Assembly: GCA_023251915.1 (NCBI GenBank)
Contig: JAHEXW010000002.1
Location: forward strand, 46,529 to 110,528
Source of the DNA: Actinomycetes bacterium
GTDB lineage: Bacteria; Actinomycetota; JAHEXW01
DNA: 64,000 nucleotides
Direction: 5' to 3'
Below the pieces are notes generated by a model that worked only from the letters and a program-made list of their open reading frames with translations, was not told the DNA's origin and did not search any database. Numbering within the stretch: position 1 is the first letter of the stretch; every line of letters starts with the position of its first letter. Both the position numbers and the translations under genes were made by a program. This document shows positions 9,307-18,727 of this stretch, piece by piece.

Positions 9307-9745
9307 GCGGCAAGACCGGCAACAAAACAGCCATCTGTTCGCGCACTGCTTTTAGGCTCCCGGGAAGGTTTATGATCAGGGTTTTGTCACGCTGGCCCGC
9401 GACGGCTCGGGACAACATCGCCTGGGGCGTTATCTCCAGGCTTTTTTGGCGCAACGCCTCGGTGATTCCGGGCGCGGGCCGGTTGATAACTTCGGCCGTC
9501 GCTTCCGGCGTTACATCGCGCAGCGACAAGCCTGTGCCTCCTGTTGTCAGAACCAAATCAACCAGTTTTATGTCAGCGTAAATAATAAGCTTAGCCCGGA
9601 TGGCCTCGTAGTCATCCGCCACGATGTCGGCGGCGACTATGTCGGCGCCCATATCCAGCATTGCTTGTTTAAGGAAGGCGCCACTGGTGTCTTCCCGCTG
9701 ACCAATGCTGCCCTTGTCGCTGACAGTAAGAATTGCCGCTTTCAC
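9266..9745 (-). CDS. mogA: Molybdenum cofactor biosynthesis protein MogA/MoaB
   Basis: Begins VKAAILTVSDKGS and contains LVLTTGGTG. The GTG start was chosen at 9745. Confidence 0.8.
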   Translation of the reverse strand: MKAAILTVSDKGSIGQREDTSGAFLKQAMLDMGADIVAADIVADDYEAIRAKLIIYADIKLVDLVLTTGGTGLSLRDVTPEATAEVINRPAPGITEALRQKSLEITPQAMLSRAVAGQRDKTLIINLPGSLKAVREQMAVLLPVLPHALEMVAGQGHGD

Positions 9746-10182
9746 GCCAGCACCTCTATCTTGTCCCCCGGTTTGATATCGCCGGGCGTCAGCACGATTG
9801 TGAATATTCCTTCCCGCGGCATCACGCAATCACCGACCTGCTTACGGATTTCACACGACAGATGGCACTCCTTGCCGATCTGGGTGACTTCCAGCTCAAC
9901 CGTGTCCCCCACCCGCAGCTTGGTGCCGACTGGAAGCTTGGCAACCTCGATGCCGATGGTCGTGATATTCTCCGCGAAATCGCCCGGCTGGAGTTGGATA
10001 TTCGTTAGGCCGGCCTGCATTTTGTCGACGCTTTCCTGCGCCAGCAAGCTGACCTGGCGATGCCAATCGGCGGCGTGCGCATCGCCCGCAATGCCGTGAT
10101 CGACGACCATCGTTATTGTTGGCACAGAGTGTTTCTTGATGCCTCTCTTCTCACTTATGTTTACAGCTACTACCTCTGCCAT
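9742..10182 (-). CDS. MOSC domain protein (YiiM-like)
   Basis: Starts MAEVVAVNISEKRGIKK. MOSC beta-barrel with a conserved Cys in GKECHLSCE. Confidence 0.7.
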   Translation of the reverse strand: MAEVVAVNISEKRGIKKHSVPTITMVVDHGIAGDAHAADWHRQVSLLAQESVDKMQAGLTNIQLQPGDFAENITTIGIEVAKLPVGTKLRVGDTVELEVTQIGKECHLSCEIRKQVGDCVMPREGIFTIVLTPGDIKPGDKIEVLA

Positions 10183-10646
10183 ATGCCGCTCTTGCCTCCT
10201 GATTTCTTGATAAGGCGAATCTTTTCGATTTCGATGCCCTTTTCTACCGCCTTGCACATATCGTAGACCGTCAGGGCGGCTACCGTGGCGGCCGTTAAGG
10301 CCTCCATTTCCACCCCGGTGCGCGCGGTAGTAATGGCTGTAGCGGTAACCGTAACGGTTGACGCAGTTTCGTCAACAGAGAACGAGATGTCTACAGCGTC
10401 CAAAGGCAGCGGGTGGCAGAGAGGAATCAGTCGCGGTGTTTGTTTGGCGGCCATGATGCCGGCGATACGCGCCGCGCCAAAAACATCGCCTTTCTTTAAT
10501 TGACCTTCGACGGCCAGCTTGAGCGTCGCGGCGGACATCTTGACCAGCGCTTCGGCCGTAGCCTCCCGGCGCGTCTCAGTCTTGCCGCCTACGTCGACCA
10601 TATGGGCCGCACCTGTTTCGTCTAAGTGACTAAGTTTATCCGCCAT
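10170..10646 (-). CDS. moaC: Cyclic pyranopterin monophosphate synthase MoaC
   Basis: Begins MADKLSHLDETGAAHMVDVGGK and ends KKSGGKSGIWQR, which is MoaC-like. Confidence 0.9.
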   Translation of the reverse strand: MADKLSHLDETGAAHMVDVGGKTETRREATAEALVKMSAATLKLAVEGQLKKGDVFGAARIAGIMAAKQTPRLIPLCHPLPLDAVDISFSVDETASTVTVTATAITTARTGVEMEALTAATVAALTVYDMCKAVEKGIEIEKIRLIKKSGGKSGIWQR

Positions 10647-10647
10647 C

Positions 10648-11619
10648 CTAGCCTCCGATTTGTCCCATGGTGCGCCCGTTAGCGGCGCGGCCGTCGAGCG
10701 AGTATTTTTCCGGCTTGCTGGCCACGGCCAGCTCAATCAGCTCCGCCGTCTTAATTCTATCAAAGACGGGACGCAGCGCCGGTTTGACGTCAATTTCTGC
10801 GTCACAAAAAAGACAGACCCTTAGCTTGCCGTCCGCGGTCAACCGCAGCCGGCTGCATTCGGGGCAAAAGTGTTCCGTCATCGCGGATATCTGGCCGAAC
10901 GCGCCCAATGAATCGGCAAACCGCCAGTATTTGCGGCTGGGACCGGAACCGGCGGGCGCCGGAGCGGCCTCGAGCTCGCCGAAGGTGCCGAGACGCTCCA
11001 ATATCTCAGCGCCGGCAACAAAGAACTCGTTTTTCAAGCCGTTACTGACTGGCATGTATTCGATGAACCGGATATACACCGGCAGCTCGCGGGCCAGCGC
11101 GACAAACGGCGCGAAGTCATCATTTACGCCGCGCATCACGACAACGTTCAGCTTGACCGGCTTCATCCCTACGTCGATGGCCTGGTGAATCCCGGTAATC
11201 GCGCGAGCCGCTTCGTCCCGGCGGGTAATTTGTTTAAAGGCGCTCTGGTTCAGGGTATCAATGCCGATGTTGACCCGCCGTACGCCGGCCCTATACAGCG
11301 GCTCCGCAAATTCTTCCAGCAAGACCGCGTTGGTCGTCAGCGAAACATCCTCCAGGCCCGGGATAGCGGCCAGTCTCTCAACAAAGCCGACAAAGTCACG
11401 CCTGACCAACGGCTCGCCCCCCGTGAGGCGGATGCTCTTTATTCCGAGCTCGACAGCAGTCCGGCTGAAATCCAGCATTTCCTCGTACGAAAGAACGTCT
11501 GCGTGGTTTAAAAGGTCGACACCCTCTTCGGGTGTACAGTAGACGCACCGCAAGTTACAGCGGTCTGTGACAGAAATACGCAGGTAATCGATTGTGCGCC
11601 CGTATGAATCTATTAGCAC
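10648..11619 (-). CDS. moaA: GTP 3',8-cyclase MoaA (radical SAM)
   Basis: Radical-SAM motif CNLRCVYC, a TGGEP motif and C-terminal cluster cysteines. GTG start with an AAAGGA Shine-Dalgarno. Confidence 0.92.
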   Translation of the reverse strand: MLIDSYGRTIDYLRISVTDRCNLRCVYCTPEEGVDLLNHADVLSYEEMLDFSRTAVELGIKSIRLTGGEPLVRRDFVGFVERLAAIPGLEDVSLTTNAVLLEEFAEPLYRAGVRRVNIGIDTLNQSAFKQITRRDEAARAITGIHQAIDVGMKPVKLNVVVMRGVNDDFAPFVALARELPVYIRFIEYMPVSNGLKNEFFVAGAEILERLGTFGELEAAPAPAGSGPSRKYWRFADSLGAFGQISAMTEHFCPECSRLRLTADGKLRVCLFCDAEIDVKPALRPVFDRIKTAELIELAVASKPEKYSLDGRAANGRTMGQIGG

Positions 11620-11733
11620 GTGTTGTCCTTTCTGACAAGGTAATTGGGATTATCGAGATTATTGAGAATGGATTTAGTCTTGTGTTTTATTATCTCTATG
11701 CTCACTATAATCCCTATGCTCTCTGCTGTACCG

Positions 11734-13047
11734 CTAGTGATCCTCTGGAAGCGTGATCAGGTGAACCGTTACCGACGAGCCGGCCGGCATGGACTCTGCA
11801 TCGGCCGGAATAAAAGCCAAACCGTCCGCCAGGACCATCGACCGCAAGATGCCCGACCCTTGCGGACCGGTGCTGTCGACCAGGTATTCGGCCCCTTTTT
11901 TATCCACGTGAACACGGATTATATGTACGCGACCGGGGCGTTTTCTAACGCTCGAGACTAGCGTACCGGTAACCGCCGGGCGAAATAGCAAGCGCTGGCC
12001 CATCAGGCGGCGCAGCATCGGGCGCACATATTCCTCGAAGCTCACCATCGCCGCCACCGGGTTTCCCGGCAAGCCAAAGATGTGCCTGTTCTTGAAGTTC
12101 CAATAGCCGAGCGGCTTGCCCGGCTTCTGCGCCACTCCCCAAAACACCTTGGCGGCGCCTATGTCAGCCAAAACGTCTTTAACATAATCATACTCTCCAA
12201 CCGAGACACCGCCGGTTGTCAACAGCACATCGCACTCTGCCAGCGCCTTTTGAAACAACTCCCGAGCGGCCGCGGGCGTGTCCGCGGCGATGCCATAGCG
12301 CACCGGTATCGCGCCGGCTTGTTTGATCTGGGCGGCCAGGGAATAAGCGTTGCTGTTGCGAATCTTGCCGGGCTCCAGCGGTTGATCGATTTCCAGCAAC
12401 TCGTCGCCGGTCGTGATAACGGCGACGCGCGGCCGGTGATAAACCGGGACTTTGGGAAAACCCAAACTAGCGAGCAAGCCGATGTCGGCCGGTCCCAGAG
12501 TCTGGCCCGCGGCCAGTACTATTTCTCCCGGCTTGACGTCTTCCCCGGCCAACCGGACGTTTCTGCCGGCTGGAATAGAGCGCAACACCAGGACCGGCGA
12601 TAGTTTGTCTGACGCGGCCGGCGCGCGCTCGAATGCAGCGCGCTCTCGCCCGGCTTCTGTCATAGTATCTTCTACTCGGATAACGGCGTCGGCTCCAGCC
12701 GGCACCGGGGCGCCGGTCATGATGCGAACCGCTTGGCCTGTCTTAACCGGAACATTGGCAACATCACCGGCTTTGACGTCCGCGACAACCGACAGATTCA
12801 CCGGTGATTCCGGCGTCGCGTCGGCGATATCGGCCGCCCTGACGGCGTAACCATCCATGGCTGAGTTGTTAAATGAAGGAATGGCGTCACGGCTCACGAT
12901 ATCGGCCGCCAAAACCAAACCGAGCGCGTCATCCAGGGCCGTCTCGCACGCCGGCAACGCTTCGGTGCTTGCCATTATTAGGTTATGCGCTTCCTCTATC
13001 GAAATCATTAATTCCCCGTTTGCTCTTGGTGCTGTGGTTCCCACCAA
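11734..13047 (-). CDS. moeA: Molybdopterin molybdenum/tungsten-transferase MoeA
   Basis: 437 aa with MoeA N, MoCF-binding and C-terminal domains. Contains GGVSVGEYD. Confidence 0.9.
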   Translation of the reverse strand: MVGTTAPRANGELMISIEEAHNLIMASTEALPACETALDDALGLVLAADIVSRDAIPSFNNSAMDGYAVRAADIADATPESPVNLSVVADVKAGDVANVPVKTGQAVRIMTGAPVPAGADAVIRVEDTMTEAGRERAAFERAPAASDKLSPVLVLRSIPAGRNVRLAGEDVKPGEIVLAAGQTLGPADIGLLASLGFPKVPVYHRPRVAVITTGDELLEIDQPLEPGKIRNSNAYSLAAQIKQAGAIPVRYGIAADTPAAARELFQKALAECDVLLTTGGVSVGEYDYVKDVLADIGAAKVFWGVAQKPGKPLGYWNFKNRHIFGLPGNPVAAMVSFEEYVRPMLRRLMGQRLLFRPAVTGTLVSSVRKRPGRVHIIRVHVDKKGAEYLVDSTGPQGSGILRSMVLADGLAFIPADAESMPAGSSVTVHLITLPEDH

Positions 13048-13066
13048 AACACCAGTCTCTAACTGC

Positions 13067-14161
13067 CTATTGTATAACGTGCACGGCGGTCGCCTTGAAA
13101 CCGGCGGTGACCGGGGTGCCGGGAGCTAAGGCGAGCTCGCCTAGCGACCGCCGCGTAATCAGCGCCGTCAGCGGGAAGCCACAATCGACGGCGATCCGGG
13201 CTGTCGGGCCCAATACGGTTACGTCCGTAACGCGGCCCGTCAAATGGTTGCGCCGGCTGCCGGTCGCGCCGGGCTCTGCCGGATCGACAGAGACTTCCTC
13301 AGGACGAATGCACGCGGTTACTGTGGCGCCAACGGCCGCGTCGGTCACCGCCTCGATTGACGTTTCCGGTGCCGCTCCGATAATCCGTAACTGCGCCAGC
13401 CCGCCCTCCGTGTCGACAACGGCAGCCGGCAGAATATTCTCCGTACCTACGAACGCAGCGACCGACGCCGTGGCCGGCCGGTAAAATACGTCTTCCGCCG
13501 AGCCGCTCTGAACGATTTTGCCCGTGTCGATGACGGCCAGCCGGTCGGCGACGGCGTAGGCCTCTTCCCGGCTGTGAGTCACGTATAAACAGGTCAGCCC
13601 CAGCTCTTTGACTATCTTAGTGACTTCCTTCATTAGATTGTCTTTAGTACCCGGATCCAAGGAGGCCATCGGCTCGTCCAAAAGCAGCAGCTCCGGGTCG
13701 AACACAACCGCGCGTGCCAGGGAGACGCGATGCGCTTCCCCGCCGGACAACGAGGCTGCGTTCGCGGTCGCTAGATTCCCTATGCCGAACATGTCCAACA
13801 TCGCGGTGACTTTCCTGTTAACATCGGCGGCCGGGATTCGCCGTAGTTTTAAACCGTAGGCGACGTTGTCCTGCACAGTACCCCTGAACAACAAGGGTGA
13901 TTGAAAAGCCATGGAAATGCGGCGTCGGACATCGGAGCCCGGTCTGCCGTTGCCGACCGCGGCGCCCCGCCAAAATATGCTGCCCTTGTCAGGCTTTAAG
14001 GCAAAACCTAAAACGCTCAGGAGAGTACTCTTACCGGCGCCAGTCTGACCGACGAGCGCGAGCGTTTCTCCTTCCCGAACGTCAAAGGATGGGATATTTA
14101 GAATGATCCGCCCGGCCCGCTCAACTAGAATATCGTTAATGGTAACGAGTGCCGAGTCCAT
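13067..14161 (-). CDS. tupC: Tungstate/molybdate ABC transporter ATP-binding protein with a C-terminal TOBE domain
   Basis: Walker A GQTGAGKSTL, signature LSGGEAHRVSLARA and a C-terminal Mop/TOBE-like region. Confidence 0.8.
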   Translation of the reverse strand: MDSALVTINDILVERAGRIILNIPSFDVREGETLALVGQTGAGKSTLLSVLGFALKPDKGSIFWRGAAVGNGRPGSDVRRRISMAFQSPLLFRGTVQDNVAYGLKLRRIPAADVNRKVTAMLDMFGIGNLATANAASLSGGEAHRVSLARAVVFDPELLLLDEPMASLDPGTKDNLMKEVTKIVKELGLTCLYVTHSREEAYAVADRLAVIDTGKIVQSGSAEDVFYRPATASVAAFVGTENILPAAVVDTEGGLAQLRIIGAAPETSIEAVTDAAVGATVTACIRPEEVSVDPAEPGATGSRRNHLTGRVTDVTVLGPTARIAVDCGFPLTALITRRSLGELALAPGTPVTAGFKATAVHVIQ

Positions 14162-14854
14162 TTAAACCTTCTTCTGCTGCGTTACGGTAATAATCCAGTT
14201 GACCAGGAAAGCCAAAGCCAACAGGATGATGCTCAAGGCGATAGCGATGGCCGTGTGGCCTTGTCTCGTCTCCTGGACGATCGCCGTCGTTAGCACCTGT
14301 GTCTGCCCCTTGATGTTGCCTCCGACCATGAGAACCGCGCCGACCTCGCTTATGATGGCGCCGAATCCAGCCGCGACCGCCGCCAGTAGACCCAGGCGGG
14401 CCTCCTTGACGACTTTGAAGAACAATTGCAATCGTGTCGCACCTAACGAGACTATCTGAGCGATCAGTTTCGGATCGAGCGCTTGGACGGCCGCCAAGGT
14501 TACGCCGATCACCATGGGAGTAGCGATAATCACCTCGGCGATAATCATCGCGCGAGTCGAATAGAGGAGATCGAGACCGCCGAACGGCCCGTAGCGCGAC
14601 AACATCAAGAAGACGAACAACCCGACGACAACGGGCGGCAAGGCCATACCGGTGTTTGTCAGGACAACCAGGAATTTCCGGCCTCTAAATTCGGTCAGGC
14701 CAAGCCATGCCCCCAACGGCAGACCCAGCACCATGGCGATCAGTGTCGCCGTCCCGGTAACCTTCAATGACGTCAGGAGGATAACTATAAGGTCGGTGTT
14801 AAAACCGACGATCATTTTGACGGCTTGGACTATGCCGTCCCAAATCACAGACAT
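14162..14854 (-). CDS. tupB: Tungstate/molybdate ABC transporter permease
   Basis: 230 aa, six transmembrane helices, with a binding-protein-dependent permease EAA-like loop. Confidence 0.8.
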   Translation of the reverse strand: MSVIWDGIVQAVKMIVGFNTDLIVILLTSLKVTGTATLIAMVLGLPLGAWLGLTEFRGRKFLVVLTNTGMALPPVVVGLFVFLMLSRYGPFGGLDLLYSTRAMIIAEVIIATPMVIGVTLAAVQALDPKLIAQIVSLGATRLQLFFKVVKEARLGLLAAVAAGFGAIISEVGAVLMVGGNIKGQTQVLTTAIVQETRQGHTAIAIALSIILLALAFLVNWIITVTQQKKV

Positions 14855-14890
14855 AGTTCGCGACTCCCTCTTGTTCGCCCGAATCTTTGA

Positions 14891-15073
14891 CTAGAAGCAC
14901 CCCAACGAACAACCCATGACCTTTATTTCCAGCTCGTTGCAGGCCTTGCCGACAACCGTGTAGGGCAGGCCCAATCTTTCGGCGATCTCGCGCGCTTCGG
15001 GACAAGTGATCTTGCCCCCGGTTGCTGCAGCCTTTACCGCTTCCGCCAGTTCCGTTTTCTTCGCAGCGTCCAT
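14891..15073 (-). CDS. Small conserved-looking protein of unknown function; first ORF behind the riboswitch candidate
   Basis: 60 aa: MDAAKKTELAEAVKAAATGGKITCPEAREIAERLGLPYTVVGKACNELEIKVMGCSLGCF. Strong AAGGAG Shine-Dalgarno. Has a possible helix-turn-helix-like stretch and a C-terminal GCxxGC. I do not recognise the family. Confidence 0.4.
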   Translation of the reverse strand: MDAAKKTELAEAVKAAATGGKITCPEAREIAERLGLPYTVVGKACNELEIKVMGCSLGCF

Positions 15074-15096
15074 GGCTTCTCCTTGCTAATCGTCCT

Positions 15097-15262
15097 GACA
15101 AAAATAAACGCGCTTCCCCGCATAGTGGAAAGCGCATTCAGAGAACACACTTCTCTCCTTTCCAAGCGCGGGAGGCACAGAAATCGCTCGCTGTACCCTT
15201 TCCCGACTCAATCAGCCGGGATGCCCTCGCCGTCCGCGTGGGTGCGGCGAGGGTCGGAGAGT
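15097..15262 (-). ncRNA. Candidate riboswitch (probably Moco/Tuco class) with an intrinsic terminator, copy A
   Basis: Shares conserved blocks with copy B, in minus-strand reading order: CTCCGACC, CGAGCGATT, GCCTCCCG, TTGGAAAGGAG. Then a GC hairpin (15108-15134) and a U-tract (15098-15107). It sits upstream of the small ORF, tupB, tupC and moeA. Confidence 0.5.
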
Positions 15263-15436
15263 TTGTATGATTTGTTGCAATCTATGCTTTGAGAATACCA
15301 GGGTCGGCCCGGCTAAGTCAAGAGCCAAACACCGGCGTATGGCGGCCCACCAGCATTTAGTATTACAATGGTCGCGTCACCAGTCGACTTCATTACTCCA
15401 TTTAAGTGAAGTAATGAAGTATCAAGAAAGGGAACA

Positions 15437-16240
15437 GTGTTGCAGAACCCGGTCATCGAGGTCAACGGCTTAACGAAACGATACGGTGATTTCAGCGCGG
15501 TGGATGGCATCGACTTCACGGTCGGCTCCGGCGAATTCTTCGGTTTCGTCGGCCCCAATGGCGCCGGCAAGACGACGACCATCAGTATGCTCTGTACGCT
15601 GGCAAAACCGACGGCCGGCACCGCGACAATCGCCGGCTTTGACGTTGCCGCCCAATCCGACCAGGTCCGCCGGCAGATCGGCGTCGTCTTCCAGGAAGCG
15701 ACCCTAGATAACCGTTTGACCGCTCGCGAGAATCTTGCGTTCCATGCGGCCGTCTATCATGTGCCTAGGGCGGAACGCGACGCGCGGCTGGCGGATGTGC
15801 TCGACCTGGTGGAACTGACCCGATTCGCCGACGATATCGTGGACAACTTCTCCGGCGGCATGCGGCGCCGGCTGGAGGTCGCTCGCGGTTTGCTTCATTC
15901 CCCGAAGGTCTTGTTCCTGGACGAACCGACCTTAGGCTTAGACCCGCAAACCCGCAATCGCATCTGGGAATATCTGCGGCGGCTGGCCGATCGCGATGAC
16001 ATGACCGTCTTCATGACGACCCACTACATGGATGAGGCGGAGAATTGCGACCGCGTCGCCGTCATCGACCGAGGCGCGCTTGTCGCCGTCGATACACCCG
16101 CCGCACTTAAACGCCAGACGGGCGAGACGACCCTGGACGGCGTCTTCCTAAAACTTACCGGCCAGGCTATCCGAGACGAAGACGTCCTGACCAATAAGCA
16201 TATGAGCCGGATCGCGGCCAAGGCGAAGGGAGGCCGCTAA
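15437..16240 (+). CDS. ABC transporter ATP-binding protein (ABC-2/DrrA type)
   Basis: Walker A GPNGAGKTTT, signature FSGGMRRRLEVARGL, Walker B VLFLDEPT. Confidence 0.85.
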   Translation: MLQNPVIEVNGLTKRYGDFSAVDGIDFTVGSGEFFGFVGPNGAGKTTTISMLCTLAKPTAGTATIAGFDVAAQSDQVRRQIGVVFQEATLDNRLTARENLAFHAAVYHVPRAERDARLADVLDLVELTRFADDIVDNFSGGMRRRLEVARGLLHSPKVLFLDEPTLGLDPQTRNRIWEYLRRLADRDDMTVFMTTHYMDEAENCDRVAVIDRGALVAVDTPAALKRQTGETTLDGVFLKLTGQAIRDEDVLTNKHMSRIAAKAKGGR

Positions 16241-16987
16241 ATGGATCTCGATGCGATCTATATGATTTGGCGGCGCGACTTGGTGGTTAACTGGCGCGAC
16301 AAAGGCCAGCTGATTGGCAGCCTGGTTCGATCCATACTGTGGCTGGTCGTTTTGGGACTCGGACTGCGGGCGGCCTTTCGCAGCGTCGGCGGCGTCACCT
16401 TCAGCCAGTACATCTTTGCCGGCATCATCGGTATGACTCTGTTATTCGCCGGCGTCCAATCGGCGATATCAATTGTCTGGGAACGTGAATTCGGGTTCTT
16501 GCGCGAGTTATTGGTCGCCCCGATTCCTCGCGGCGCAATCACGACGGCTAAGATGCTCAGCGGCGCTACCTGGGCATTATTGCAGGGCGTAATTGTCCTG
16601 GCGCTGGCGCCGATAGTCGGAGTGTCGCTCACGCCGCTGATTGTTGCCGAAGCTATCGGCGTTATGGCGATCATGGCCATCATGATGACCAGCATCGGAA
16701 TCGTCATCGCCTCGCGCATTAAGAGTTTTCAGGGGTTCGGAGTTATCGTCAACGTCGTCTTAATGCCAATGTTCTTCCTTAGTACCGCCATCTTCCCGAT
16801 GCCGTGGCTGCCGGAATGGCTGCGGACGATAATGATGTTCAACCCGTTGACCTACGCCGTGGACGCCCTGCGCACCGTGACCATCGGGCTGTACGACTTC
16901 CCGTTCTGGTTCGATCTGGGACTTACGGTCGGACTGGCAATTTTGTTCGGAGTCCTGGCGAGAGTGTTATTTGTCAAAGAGATATAG
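16241..16987 (+). CDS. ABC-2 family transporter permease
   Basis: 248 aa, six transmembrane helices. Its ATG directly follows the ATPase stop. Confidence 0.8.
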   Translation: MDLDAIYMIWRRDLVVNWRDKGQLIGSLVRSILWLVVLGLGLRAAFRSVGGVTFSQYIFAGIIGMTLLFAGVQSAISIVWEREFGFLRELLVAPIPRGAITTAKMLSGATWALLQGVIVLALAPIVGVSLTPLIVAEAIGVMAIMAIMMTSIGIVIASRIKSFQGFGVIVNVVLMPMFFLSTAIFPMPWLPEWLRTIMMFNPLTYAVDALRTVTIGLYDFPFWFDLGLTVGLAILFGVLARVLFVKEI

Positions 16988-17034
16988 GCCGCGACCAGGC
17001 GACTCAGTCGTGTCGCGCTAAACAAAGAGGAATA

Positions 17035-17793
17035 ATGACAGGCCAAGGAATATTCAGTGTGTCAGGCAAGAACGCCATCGTAACAGGCGGCGCGCTCGGT
17101 ATAGGTTTCGGTATCGTGAAACGCTTGACCGAAGCGGGCGCCAACGTGCTGATTGCGGACATGAATGAAGACGCGGCTAAGGCGTCCGCCGAAAAACTGG
17201 GCGAAAGAGTAGCCGCGATGAAAGCTGACGTCTCGCAAGACGCGGAAGGCATTGTCGCCCGCTGCGTCGAGATATTCGGATCCCTCGACATATTCGTAAA
17301 CAACGCCGGCATCTACCCGATGTCTCTCATGGCGGAAACGTCGACTGATCTATTCGACAAGGTCTACCAGGTTAACTTAAAGGGCACAGCGTTTTGCGCC
17401 AAAGCCGCCGCGCAACAAATGATCAACCAAGGGTCAGGCGGTAAAATCATTAACGTCGCATCAATCGACAGCTTCCATCCGTCAATGGTCGGCCTGGCTG
17501 CCTACGACGCGTCCAAGGGAGGCGTCTTGATGCTGACCAAAAGCCTCGCTCTCGAATACGCGGCCCACAATGTCCTGGTTAACGGCATCGCACCCGGCGG
17601 TATTCTTACCGAAGGAGCCGGAGCGGGCAAGATGGACGAGGCGATGATCAGTGGCTTCGCGTCGCGCATTCCGCTTCAACGAATGGGCACCCCGGACGAC
17701 GTCGCGAAGGTAGCGCTGTTTCTAGCCTCGGACGCGGCTGATTATATGACAGGCTCGATCATCGTCGTAGACGGCGGCGTCCTGCTGGCCTAA
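17035..17793 (+). CDS. SDR family oxidoreductase
   Basis: Starts MTGQGIFSVSGKNAIVTGGALGIGFG (Rossmann TGxxxGIG). Has a YxxxK catalytic pair (YDASK) and an AAAGAGG Shine-Dalgarno. The track ORF extends upstream. Confidence 0.85.
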   Translation: MTGQGIFSVSGKNAIVTGGALGIGFGIVKRLTEAGANVLIADMNEDAAKASAEKLGERVAAMKADVSQDAEGIVARCVEIFGSLDIFVNNAGIYPMSLMAETSTDLFDKVYQVNLKGTAFCAKAAAQQMINQGSGGKIINVASIDSFHPSMVGLAAYDASKGGVLMLTKSLALEYAAHNVLVNGIAPGGILTEGAGAGKMDEAMISGFASRIPLQRMGTPDDVAKVALFLASDAADYMTGSIIVVDGGVLLA

Positions 17794-17808
17794 CGTCAAC
17801 AAGCTGCT

Positions 17809-18699
17809 TTAAGGGTTCCCTGTTGCCGCGCTGGGCGTGAACAAAGCCTGGCCGTATTTGGCCTTCCCGAACTTGCCGATGAGCTTTTGAACCTCGGGTG
17901 ATGTGATCCAGTCGACGAACTTCTTGGCGTCGACCTCGTTCACCTTGGCAAACTTCGCGTTGTTGACGATGATCACGCCATACGGATTGAAGAGGTCTTT
18001 CTGGTCCTCGACCAGTATCACCAGGCTGATGGATTTCTGAAGAGACAGAAACGTTCCGCGGTCGATCAGGATATAGGCCTGCTTTTCGTTGGCGATCTTC
18101 GCCGCCTCTCCCATGCCCTGCCCGACGTTAACGTACCAATCACCGGCGGGCGTAAGGGCAGCCTTTGTCCAGATCGACAACTCTTTAGTATAGGTGCCGG
18201 AGTTGTCGCCGCGGGTCACGAACGGCGCTTGCGCGGCCGCAATAGCCGCGAACGCTTTGGCGGGACTAGCGCCCTTGATACCGGCTGGATCGCTCGCCGG
18301 GCCGATAATCACGAAGTCGTTATACATTACGTCCTTGCGCAGAGAACCGAAGCCGTCTGCCATGAATTTGTCTTCTTTTGCCCGGGCGTGCACTAATAGA
18401 ACATCAGCTTCACCGCGCTGACCCATCGCAATCGCCTCGCCGGTTCCCACAGCGATTGGCTTTGTCTTGACGTTATATTTCTTGTCAAACATCGGCAGCA
18501 GATAATCAAGCAGGCCGGTATCGGCTGTGCTGGTGGTCGTCGCCAGAATCATGTTTGTCGCCGGCGGGAGCGGCTTGGCCGCCTGTTTCGTTTCCGTCTT
18601 TGTCGCACAGCCGAACGCTCCGATTGCCAGAAATAGTCCCAGAACAACCGCGGCCAGTGTTCGCAACATCGTCTTTTTCGTGCTTCTCAGCCCTTTCAT
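17809..18699 (-). CDS. tupA: Tungstate ABC transporter substrate-binding lipoprotein TupA
   Basis: Signal peptide with a lipobox-like GAFGC. Diagnostic TupA TTTS motif in ILATTTSTADTGLLDYL. Confidence 0.85.
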   Translation of the reverse strand: MKGLRSTKKTMLRTLAAVVLGLFLAIGAFGCATKTETKQAAKPLPPATNMILATTTSTADTGLLDYLLPMFDKKYNVKTKPIAVGTGEAIAMGQRGEADVLLVHARAKEDKFMADGFGSLRKDVMYNDFVIIGPASDPAGIKGASPAKAFAAIAAAQAPFVTRGDNSGTYTKELSIWTKAALTPAGDWYVNVGQGMGEAAKIANEKQAYILIDRGTFLSLQKSISLVILVEDQKDLFNPYGVIIVNNAKFAKVNEVDAKKFVDWITSPEVQKLIGKFGKAKYGQALFTPSAATGNP

Positions 18700-18727
18700 T
18701 TTGCCCCCTTGTTAAACAACCACCGGA

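Noticed and set aside
9446-10099. 217-aa plus-strand ORF
   Set aside because: Antisense to mogA and the MOSC gene. Low-complexity. Considered a GC-frame artefact.
12873-13484. 203-aa plus-strand ORF
   Set aside because: Antisense to the moeA/tupC junction. Pro/Ala/Ser-rich with no domains.
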